Assembly: GCF_902713425.1 (NCBI RefSeq)
Contig: NC_081214.1
Span: forward strand, 10,880,641 to 10,944,640
Length of the DNA: 64,000 bases
DNA from: Acipenser ruthenus
Taxonomy: Eukaryota
Direction: 5' to 3'
Numbering within the stretch: the stretch's first letter is position 1; every line of letters begins with the position of its first letter. Both the position numbers and the translations under genes were made by a program. The notes under the pieces are model-generated. The model did no database searches. It was not told the origin of the DNA and saw only the letters and a program-made list of their open reading frames with translations. Below, one piece after another: positions 12,478-21,924 of the stretch.

Positions 12478-13137
12478 AGAAATGACAGCTCCAAATGGGC
12501 TACCCTGTGTTTTGACTGAAATGTACACTGTTGCAGCAGCAAAGGTAATTCAAAATGATCTAGACAGCATTCAGAACTGGGCAGACACATGGCAAATGAC
12601 ATTTAATATAGAAAAGTGTAAGGTACTGCACGCAGGCAATAGAAATGTGCATTATAAATACCATATGGGAGACACTGAAATTCAAGAAGGAATCTATGAA
12701 AAAGATCTAGGAGTTTATGTTGACTCAGAAATGTCTTCATCTAGACAATATGAAAATAAAAAAAGGCTAACAAAATGCTCTGACATATTGTGAGAAGTGT
12801 TGAATTTAAATCAAGGGAAGTAATGTTAAAACTTTACAATGCATTAGTAAGACCTCATCTAGAATATTGTGTTCAGTTGTGGTCACCTCGTTACAAAAAG
12901 GATATTGCTGCTCGAGAAAGAGTGCAAAGAAGAGCAACCAGAATTATCCCTGGTTTAAAATGCATGTCATATGCAGACAGGCTAAAACAATTGAATATTT
13001 TCAGTCTTGGACAAAGAAGACTACGTGGTGATCTGATTCAAGCATTCAAAATTCTAAAACGTATTGACAATGTTGACCCAAGGGACTTTTTCTACTTGAA
13101 AAAAGAAACAAGTGGAGATTAGATAAAGGGGCATTGT
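12478..13137 (+). mobile_element. CR1-like LINE fragment (RT C-terminal region)
   Basis: ORFs 12482-12793 and 12790-13122 encode VIQNDLDSIQNWADTWQM.FN..KCKVLH and LRPHLEYCVQLWSP...RRATRIIPGL...RLRGDLIQAFKI. These are about 85-90% identical to the reference copy at 31230-31850. Confidence 0.85.
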
Positions 13138-13485
13138 CTAGATGAAGATATTTCTGAGTCAACATAAACTCCTAGGTCTTTTTAATAGATTCCTTCTTCA
13201 ATTTCAGTATCTCCCATATGGTATTTATAATGCACATTTTTATTGACTGCATGCAGTACCTTACTCTATTAAATGTAATTTGCCATGTGTCTTTCCAGTT
13301 CTGAATTCTGTCTAGATCATTTTGGATGACCTTTACTGCTTTTTTTTGTGTCGTCTGCAAATTTTACAAGTTTGCTTACTATACCAGAATTCAAGTCATT
13401 AATGTAGATTAGGAATAGCAGAGGACCTAATACTGATCCCTGTGGTACACCACTGGTTACCTCACTCCATTTTGAGGTTTCACCT
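13138..13485 (-). mobile_element. CR1-like LINE, inverted copy, part 1 (interrupted by the LTR element insertion)
   Basis: Reverse complement of the CR1 RT region (ORF 13172-13360 minus: [22 protein letters not shown]). It abuts the plus-strand CR1 fragment at about 13137, an inverted junction. Confidence 0.8.
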
Positions 13486-13930
13486 TGTGACGGGGTACTG
13501 CCCCGTCTTTATGATAATGGTTGGGACTGGCAGGGAGGGGGTTAAAATTCCTCCCTGCCAGGAAAACATGTGAGAATGTGGCTGGAGCCCTAATTGACTA
13601 ATTAGCAATTATTGATTCATTGGGCTCCAGCCACAGGGGATAAAAGCCAGGGGAGAGGCCCTGGCTAGTAGGAGAGAGAGTAGGAGAAAGAGAGTTCCAG
13701 AAGAGGAGTGTTTTGTTTGTGCTGTGTCTTTGTAAGTTTTTGGTTCCAGTGAAGGCAACGCCCAGCCTGGAAACTTTATTTTGTAAGTTTTGTTTTGTGT
13801 TTGTATTTTGTGTTTGAAACCTTTTTGTTTGGCCCTCGTGCTGGTTTATTTTGTATTTTTGTTTATTAAAACTTTATTTTTGAACTTTAAAACTGTCTCT
13901 GAGTCTCAAACCTCGGTCCATCCTGTCACA
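13486..13930 (+). repeat. 5' LTR (445 bp, TGTGACGG...CCTGTCACA)
   Basis: Direct repeat of 15830-16274; TG...CA termini. Confidence 0.85.
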
Positions 13931-14027
13931 GTTGGTGGTCAGAAGTAGGATAGCGCCACCTGGAGGCTCAGAGCAGTAATTTTTTTTTTTTCTTGAATTT
14001 TGGGAGTTTTTTTTTTTTTTTTGGAAA

Positions 14028-14195
14028 ATGGGGAAGAGCAGACAGCGGCAAAGGCAGGAGAAGCAGCAGCCGAAGAAATGTAGGCTGCTGCAACAACAGC
14101 CACCCCAGCTGGAGGACCCAGCCAGTCTTTTCCCCTGGTGCTCCTGGTGCGGGAAGGAGGATCATCGGTGGAGGTCCTGTCCAGATGGGCTACCA
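14028..14195 (+). pseudogene. gag/nucleocapsid remnant with CCHC zinc knuckle (C-X2-C-X4-H-X4-C at 14139-14180)
   Basis: MGKSRQRQRQEKQQPKKCRLL...PWCSWCGKEDHRWRSCP; runs directly into the 36-bp repeat array. Confidence 0.6.
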
Positions 14196-15360
14196 GAGAC
14201 GAGCTGCCGTTCCCGCCTCCGCCAGCAGAGGGAGACGAGCTGCCGTTCCCGCCTCCGCCAGCAGAGGGAGACGAGCTGCCGTTCCCGCCTCCGCCAGCAG
14301 AGGGAGACGAGCTGCCGTTCCCGCCTCCGCCAGCAGAGGGAGACGAGCTGCCGTTCCCGCCTCCGCCAGCAGAGGGAGACGAGCTGCCGTTCCCGCCTCC
14401 GCCACTAGAGGGAGAGGGGCCGCCGTTCCCGCCTCCGCCAGCAGAGGGAGACGAGTTGCCGTTTCTGCCACTAGAGGGAGAGGGGCCGCCGTTCCCGCCT
14501 CCGCCACTAGAGGGAGAGGGGCCGCCGTTCCCGCCTCCGCCAGCAGAGGGAGACGAGCTGCCGTTCCCGCCTCCGCCAGCAGAGGGAGACGAGCTGCCGT
14601 TCCCGCCTCCGCCAGCAGAGGGAGACGAGCTGCCGTTCCCGCCTCCGCCAGCAGAGGGAGACGAGCTGCCGTTCCCGCCTCCGCCAGCAGAGGGAGACAA
14701 GCTGCCGTTCCCGCCTCCGCCAGCAGAGGGAGACGAGTTGCCGTTCCCGCCTCCACCAGCAGAGGGAGACGAGCCGCCGTTCCCGCCTCCGCCAGCAGAG
14801 GGAGACGAGCCGCCGTTCCCGCCTCCGCCAGCAGAGGGAGACGAGCCGCCGTTCCCGCCTCCGCCAGCAGAGGGAGCCGGGCTGCCGTTCCCGTCTCCGC
14901 CAGCAGAGGGAGCCGGGCCGCCGTTCCCGTCTCCGCCAGCAGAGGGAGCCGGGCCGCCGTTCCCGCCTCCGCCAGCAGATGGAGACGAGCCGCCGTTCCC
15001 GCCTCCGCCAGCAGAGGGAGACGAGCCGCCGTTCCCGCCTCCGCCAGCAGAGGGAGCCGGGCCGCCGTTCCCGCCTCCGCCAGCAGAGGGAGCCGGGCCG
15101 CGGTTCCCGCCTCCGCCAGCAGAGGGAGCCGGGCCGCGGTTCCCGCCTCCGCCAGCAGAGGGAGCCGGGCCGCCGTTCCCGTCTCCGCCAGCAGAGGGAG
15201 CCGGGCCGCCGTTCCCGTCTCCGCCAGCAGAGGGAGCCGGGCCGCCGTTCCCGTCTCCGCCAGCAGAGGGAGCCGGGCCGCCGTTCCCGTCTCCGCCACC
15301 AGAGGGAGCCGGGCCGCCGTTCCTGCCTCCGCCACCAGAGGGAGCCGGGCCGCCGTTCCC
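14195..15360 (+). repeat. 36-bp minisatellite (about 32 copies; unit about gagacgagctgccgttcccgcctccgccagcagagg) inside the LTR element
   Basis: Highly homogeneous tandem array. It is open in several frames (GDELPFPPPPAE / RRAAVPASASRG), so the 381-626-aa track ORFs across it are low-complexity artefacts. Confidence 0.95.
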
Positions 15361-15366
15361 GTCTCC

Positions 15367-15516
15367 GCCTCCCGAGGGTCCGCTGCTGCTGCCGTCGCCT
15401 CCCGAGGGTCCGCTGCTGCTGCCGTCGCCTCCCGAGGGTCCGCTGCTGCTGCCGTCGCCTCCCGAGGGTCCGCTGCTGCTGCCGTCGCCTCCCGAGGGTC
15501 CGCTGCTGCTGCCGTC
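15367..15516 (+). repeat. 30-bp minisatellite x5 (cctcccgagggtccgctgctgctgccgtcg)
   Basis: Direct reading; adjacent to the 36-bp array. Confidence 0.95.
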
Positions 15517-15817
15517 GCCTGGGGTTGCCAGGGATCCTGCTTCGCCTGGGGTCGCTACACTATGGCCGGAGCCCCACGGAGGGGAGTTGCTGACCATGAA
15601 GAGGGGGAGGGAGGTCAGGAGACCAGCTCCCCCAGCGGCACTGTCGCGGCAAGATAGTGTGTGGCCGGAGCCCCGGAAGAGGGAGCTGCTGGCCACGAAG
15701 AATTGGGTGGTGCCGGACGTCCCACCATGGCCACCCCCATGGACACTGTGCTTCCCCCTCTTCCGGGACTGAGACTGAGGGGGGAGGTGGCCATTTAGGC
15801 CATGTTGTGCTTGGCAC

Positions 15818-15829
15818 AAGGGGGGGATA
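15818..15829 (+). promoter_or_regulatory. Polypurine tract (aagggggggata) of the LTR element
   Basis: Purine run immediately upstream of the 3' LTR start TGTGACGG. Confidence 0.6.
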
Positions 15830-16274
15830 TGTGACGGGGTACTGCCCCGTCTTTATGATAATGGTTGGGACTGGCAGGGAGGGGGTTAAAATTCCTCCCT
15901 GCCAGGAAAACATGTGAGAATGTGGCTGGAGCCCTAATTGACTAATTAGCAATTATTGATTCATTGGGCTCCAGCCACAGGGGATAAAAGCCAGGGGAGA
16001 GGCCCTGGCTAGTAGGAGAGAGAGTAGGAGAAAGAGAGTTCCAGAAGAGGAGTGTTTTGTTTGTGCTGTGTCTTTGTAAGTTTTTGGTTCCAGTGAAGGC
16101 AACGCCCAGTCTGGAAACTTTATTTTGTAAGTTTTGTTTTGTGTTTGTATTTTGTGTTTGAAACCTTTTTGTTTGGCCCTCGTGCTGGTTTATTTTGTAT
16201 TTTTGTTTATTAAAACTTTATTTTTGAACTTTAAAACTGTCTCTGAGTCTCAAACCTCGGTCCATCCTGTCACA
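15830..16274 (+). repeat. 3' LTR (445 bp)
   Basis: Direct repeat of 13486-13930. Confidence 0.85.
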
Positions 16275-18118
16275 CACCTCTAATCAGTACTTTCTGTTTT
16301 CTGCATGTTAACCACTCCCTAATCCATGTGCATGCATTTCCTTGAATCCCTATTGCGTTCAGTTTGATTAATCTTTTAATGCGGGACTTTGTCAAAAGCT
16401 TTCTGGAAATCTAAATAAACCATGTCATATGCTTTGCAATTATCCATTGTTGATGTTGCATCCTCAAAAAAATCAAGCAGTTTAGTTAGACACGATCTCC
16501 CTTTCCTAAAACCATGCTGACTTTCCCAGGATACTGTTACCATATAGGTAATTTTCCATTTTAGATCTTTATTATAGTTTCCATATGTTCACATATAATA
16601 GAAGTCAGGCTTATTGGTCTGTACTTACCTGGTTCGGTTTTGTCTCCCTTTTTGTGGATTGGTATTACGTTTGCAATTCTCCAGTCTGTCGGTACAACCC
16701 CTGTCTCAAGAGACTGTTGTATGATCTTGGTTAGTGGTTTAGAAATAACTTCTTTCATTTCTTTCAGTAATTTTGGGAGGATCTCATCTGGCCCAGGGGA
16801 TTTGTTTATTTTAAGAGCTCATAGTCCCTTTAATACTTCTGCCTGTGTTATGCTAAAGTTATTTAAAACTGGATAGGAACAGGTTGACATTGGGGCATGT
16901 TGTCCGTATCCTCCTTTGTAAAAACTTGTGAAAAGTAATCATTTAATATATTTGCTATTTTTTTCTCTTGGTCTATGATTTTGCCATTTATATCTCTTAG
17001 ACATTTAACCTCCACTTTGAATGTTCTCTTGCTGTTATAATATTGGAAAAACTTTGTGGAATTGGTTTTATGCCCCCTAGCAATGTTCATTTCTATCTCT
17101 CTTTTGGCCTTTATAACTTCCTTTTTGACTTGTGTTTGCAGTTCCAAGTACTCTTTCTGTGTACTTTGTTCTTGGTCCCTTTTAAACGCTCTGTAAAATG
17201 CCTTTTTTCGCTGAATATTGTTTTAATTGATCTATTAAACCATTTTGGCCATTTTGTTTCAGATTTAGATTGGTCTACTTTTGGGATGTAATTGTTTTGC
17301 GCCACTAGTACTACATTTTTAAAAAACAGCCATCCTTTTTCTGTGGATGTTTTCTCTATTTACTCCAATCTACTTCTGTTAGTCTCTGTTTCATACCTTT
17401 ATAATTTGCCTTGTTTTTTGGGGGTTTTTAAAATCACTTAAAATGAGACCATGTTGTGGTCTGAGTTTGCCAATGGTTCTCTGACCTCTGTTTTAGTTAT
17501 TCTGTCTTTGTTATTAGAAAAGACTAAATCTAGTCGGTGCCTTGACAAATTGTGTTAGGAAGCAGTCGTGCCCCCCATCGGGTTTTCCCATTTTATACGG
17601 GGGAAGTTGAAATCCCCCATTAGTATGGCTTCTCCTTTTCTACACGTATTTCTAATGTCATTGTATAAGATTATTTTGCTCGGTGTCTGAATTTGGCGAT
17701 CTATAGCATGCTTCTATTATTATGCCCTTTGAATTTTTGTCCATTATTCTGACCCATATTGATTCAGCGTTGTTTTCTTCGTCTAGATTTAACACTTGGG
17801 CTTCAAGACTATTTCTTATGTATAGCGCTACCCCTCTGCCTCTTCTGTCCTGCCTGTCTTTCCTATATAGTGTGTACCCACTAATATTATATTCGTCTCC
17901 ATTACTCTCAGATAACCAAGTTTCTGTAACACCTATCACATCGTAGTTACTTGTTAGTACAGTAGCTTCAAGTTCTAACATTTTGTTTCTAATACTTTTA
18001 GCATTTAGATAAATACATTTAATGGCTGTCTTACCTGAGTTGTTGCCCTTGTTTTGATGTGGTCTCCCTTCTGTTTTTTTGTTGATTTCACCCCCCTTCA
18101 TTTATAGTTTAAATGTCA
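16275..18118 (-). mobile_element. CR1-like LINE, inverted copy, part 2 (APE endonuclease and RT N-terminal regions)
   Basis: Minus ORFs 17658-18101 (APE: NKKTEGRPHQNKGNN...IGVTETWLSESNGDEYNISGY...ALYIRNSLE) and 16561-16758 (RT: VVPTDWRIANVIPIHKKGDKTEPGKYRPISLTSI). It continues the 13138-13485 segment across the LTR insertion. Confidence 0.85.
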
Positions 18119-18409
18119 CGTTGCTACTAGTAACACCTTCTCCAAACCTTTGGGAAACTTCCAGCAACATCACCTATTGATACTCTAGTTGCATAATTAA
18201 TGACTTATTCAATTTGTTTGATGTATATCATGAAGTGTAATTAAGTTTCATTATTTAATTTATTTAATTTATCACAATGTATCACACATGGGGATAGCAT
18301 TTATTTGCAGTCCATTATAACATCATTTTAATTTTTAAACTTCCTATGGTTAGTGTCTGGATTATCAGACTATACAGAGTCAGTTTGACGTAATTGTTGA
18401 ACATTAACT

Positions 18410-19160
18410 TTTGAGATGTTTCAGAGGTGGTAGAAGGAGGAGATGTGGGCATCAAAGGAGAAGTTACCAAGGCTTCGTACTGTGGGGGAAGGCAACAGCA
18501 GACAGTTTCCGAGGTTCAAGGCAGCAATATTGAGATTCTTGCGTTGAGTTTTCGATCCTACTAGAAGTTCAGATTTGTGTTCAGCTAAAGAAAATTGCCA
18601 GACATCCAGGTCTCAATGTCTTGGATGCTAGCTGAGAGCCGGACCATGGCAGAGGGACATCCAGGGTCTAGTTTTAGTTAGAGCTGGGTGTCATCAGCAT
18701 AGGAGTGAAACATGAGGCTGTGTTGGCGGATGAGGTGACCCAAGGGAAGCATGTAGATGTTGAAGAAAAGAGGCCCAAGAACAGACCCTTAAGGGACACC
18801 ACAGGTGACCGGGTTTGTGTCAGCACTGCTTCCATCATAGAAGACAGACTGCATGCATCCAGATAGGTAAGAGGACAGCCAGGAGAGACAGGTTCCAGAG
18901 ATCCCAGCATACTTCTGAAGGCGGTCAAGAAGAATGTCATGATCTATGGTGTCAAAAGCAGCTGTTAGGTCAAGGAGGACAAGCACAGAGGGAGCTGCAG
19001 CATCAGCATTAAGCAAGAGATCATTTACAATCCAGAGCAGAGCAGTTTCGGTACTGTGATGCAGCCGGAAGCCAGACTGCAGAGATTCAAGCAGATTGTT
19101 ATCTGTGAGATGTTTCGTCAGCTGGCTGGCTACAGCCCTTTCCAGAGTTTTGGCGAGAAG
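18410..19160 (-). mobile_element. L2-clade LINE RT fragment
   Basis: Minus ORF 18789-19016: VLVLLDLTAAFDTIDHDILLDRLQKYAGISGTCLSWLSSYL...[10 protein letters not shown]; this is the canonical fish L2 RT motif set. Confidence 0.8.
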
Positions 19161-19185
19161 ATATATCGATTAATTAATTAATTTA

Positions 19186-19362
19186 TTTCTGTGAGTAACA
19201 CTTTTAAATAAGTGTCTGTAATTCATGATGAATTATGTATGAACTCATTTATCAGCTTGATAAAATAGGAGTTCATGATGAATATGCTTCTAATTCTAAT
19301 AATGTAATTCCGTGTCTGCAATTCAGATGAACAGACTCTTATTTTAAAGTGTTACCAATTAT
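19186..19362. repeat. MITE-like hairpin element (inverted arms gtaacacttttaaataagtgtctg / cagactcttattttaaagtgttac)
   Basis: Roughly 24-bp near-perfect inverted repeats about 130 bp apart, AT-rich interior. Confidence 0.4.
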
Positions 19363-19539
19363 TTAATACAGCGTTGGGGAGGCTGTTCACCCTTCTTTGC
19401 ATAAAGATAACATGGGGGCAGCAGTATTGGCAGATCAGTCGTGATCTCTGTATCGTCTCTTTGGTTCACAGCCGCAGCCAGCACCCCGCAGATACTTTTC
19501 TGCGCAGGGCTGTGCTGGATCTGCACAGGTTTTTGAGGG

Positions 19540-20160
19540 TGGAGCTTTGTGACGTCACGCTGTATACCTCGTAGAACTGGATTCTGTGTAGAATTGTGCA
19601 GAACTCTGGAAATCTGTGCTACAAGAACGCACCTACACTGCCGCGGATCCTAAGACTAAATATAGAAGGATAGGACAGTCAATCCCGTGATTCAGTTCGG
19701 TACTCAATTACAGGCGCCATTTGTGGAGCCCACTCAGTACTGAATACATTGCGGCGATGCTGTGGCAGCGCCAGGATATACCAGTATTTTTTTTAATAAC
19801 AATACAAAATATCGTTAATATAAAGTGACTGACTGTTATTTATGCGAATTAACGCTTGATTATGTCAAGAAACATTTTGCCAGTGCGAGCGCGAATACGT
19901 TAAAAATCATTGCGAGTGCGCTGTGTTTAAGTGCTCTACGGGCTCCAGAAATGCTGCACTGTTTACTAACTCTGCCCACTTGTGACGTCATTCTACTATC
20001 CTTCTTTATATAGTCCTATCTTGGATCCAGGAAGTACTATAGAACTGTTGCTGAAGATCGAGTTCTTCCAATGCGCACTGTATGTTGTTGTATATTGTTG
20101 TGGTTTGTTCCTTTCTTTACGAACACCAAGAGTGCCAGGTTGTAAGCATTTGCAATTCCG
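19540..20160 (+). promoter_or_regulatory. Candidate promoter / first-exon region: two perfect CRE palindromes TGACGTCA (19548-19555, 19983-19990), TATA-like tttatatag at about 20005, local CpG enrichment, donor ccag|gtaagg at about 20159
   Basis: Motifs read directly; it lies about 5 kb upstream of the first recognisable PARP4-like exon, in the same orientation. Function not demonstrated. Confidence 0.2.
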
Positions 20161-21924
20161 GTAAGGACCTAACTTGTCTTTAAATCGTACTTTATTGTCA
20201 TCAGATCCTATCGTTGAGATTGTACAATAAACACGAATTCCTGTCGAGTTATATTTGCAGTGATATTTGATAGAAAGCAAAGATTAGCGAAATAATAAGT
20301 ACATTTGTATAAGTACATGTGTATTGTGAGATCTGCTTTATTAAAAAAAACAATAATAATAAATGTGGGTCTCTCTTAATGACCCTATCAGTGGTGAACC
20401 AATAGCACAGCCAGCACTCACATATCCGACCCAATCGCTTTTTTTAACTTGAGTGACGTTTAAAAGAGTGTGATGCATATCTGATTATTTCATTTTGGCC
20501 TTCTCAAACCCTTGTCTACTTCTCAGAAACCATTTTTAAACAAAGAAGAAAAGCACACACAGTCTGACAAAGCACTCTCTTGCTCTCAACTGCCTGAAAC
20601 CTTCTCTCAAGCTCTTTTGAATCTCTAGTCTAACTCTGTAGGGTGATAATGCTGCATAACAGAAAATAATAAAAATAAATGGCTGGCAGTTTATTAACTT
20701 ATTCAATATAACATAATACAAGAAAGAATGGCAACCTGAAACAAAATATTATAAAAATAATTGTTCGTAATTAATAATGATTTTTTTATACTCTTTTGTT
20801 TCAGGTTACCATTCTTGTATGACTTTTCTTTTAATAATTACTAATTACTAAGTCAAATGTAATACAAGAAATAGTAATTTGAAAGATTTTGTTTATTATT
20901 AAAAAAAAAAAGTAATTTCTTAACCTGCCTCGCTGATTAAACTAAAATGAGAAACCGAGTCAACAATAACAGATACCTACAACTGAAAGTCCCAGTAAAA
21001 CAGTACAATAACTTTGGGTAGGTGTGGCAAAGTGGTTTGTTGTGCACAGGTGTAGAGGTGATGCAGTGCTCAGGAATGATTTGAAACAACACAGTTCACG
21101 GTTAAACAGCTCTTATTTGCTGGTAAATAATAATAACTGGCTCTACACACCAAGCTGTATCGCTCAGTTAAACCACGGGATTTAATCCAGAAATATGTAG
21201 TAATAATAACACACAACACAGACATGATCACTTATCCAAACAGTGAGTGCTCTTTGTGCAGATGGTGCTATACAACAGTTGTGAAACACAGTGGTGCAGT
21301 GTAGTCCGGGTTCAATGCTGGCCTTTAGCGACAGCCCCTGGCTGACACGAAACACTCACAGTTATATCTGTAATCATTTTACTGGTCTGTCCTTGGCCAT
21401 AACAAAGGAACAGATCGCTTGGCCACATCCCATGATCTACCTTCAGTCACGCCCCCTTTGGTAGCGAGTGCAGTTACGTCTCCTCCAATCCATGACTGAC
21501 ACATCGCCTACCGCAGTAAGGCGCTGACTTCTAGTATTGTGGCTTCTCCCCCTTTCTGGATGGCCGACTTCCGACTGACCCTGGAATGAACTGTCAAACC
21601 ATCCAGTCCGGGGCACACTGTTCCTGTTATACAGCACCCTCACAGGTCGGGAGTGAGATTGTTGACTCGGATTCATTCACTCTCTGTCACAGTAGGTCAC
21701 TTATAAATACATATTTATATCAACATCCATGAACCTTCGGTTTCAAGGGTGATTAATCTGACATGGACATATCATTTAATGTCTGCCGCTTTTGTCTTGC
21801 TGAATGAAACGACATTAATTAGGTTATTGATAAGTAAAGAAAATAAAAATAGTTTGTATTCATGAACTTACAGTATTTCAACACTTGCTCACCTTCATTC
21901 TCTGACAAGTATTTATAACGAAGA

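Larger units (their letters stand above)
13486..16274 (+). mobile_element. Non-autonomous LTR retrotransposon with gag remnant and a minisatellite-filled interior (LARD/TRIM-like)
   Basis: Two 445-bp direct repeats (13486-13930 and 15830-16274) that begin TG and end CA, with a single c/t mismatch found in the segments compared by eye (about 99.8% identity, estimated). Flanked by a 5-bp direct repeat CACCT (13481-13485 and 16275-16279). Polypurine tract aagggggggata immediately 5' of the 3' LTR. The internal ORF carries a CCHC knuckle CSWCGKEDHRWRSC. Confidence 0.85.

Noticed and set aside
13939-15819. Very long ORFs (381-626 aa) in five different frames/strands across 14.0-15.8 kb
   Set aside because: All are translations of the 36-bp and 30-bp tandem arrays (Gly/Ser/Pro/Ala-rich, Arg-rich and so on). 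Being open in many frames at once is a repeat artefact, not a gene.
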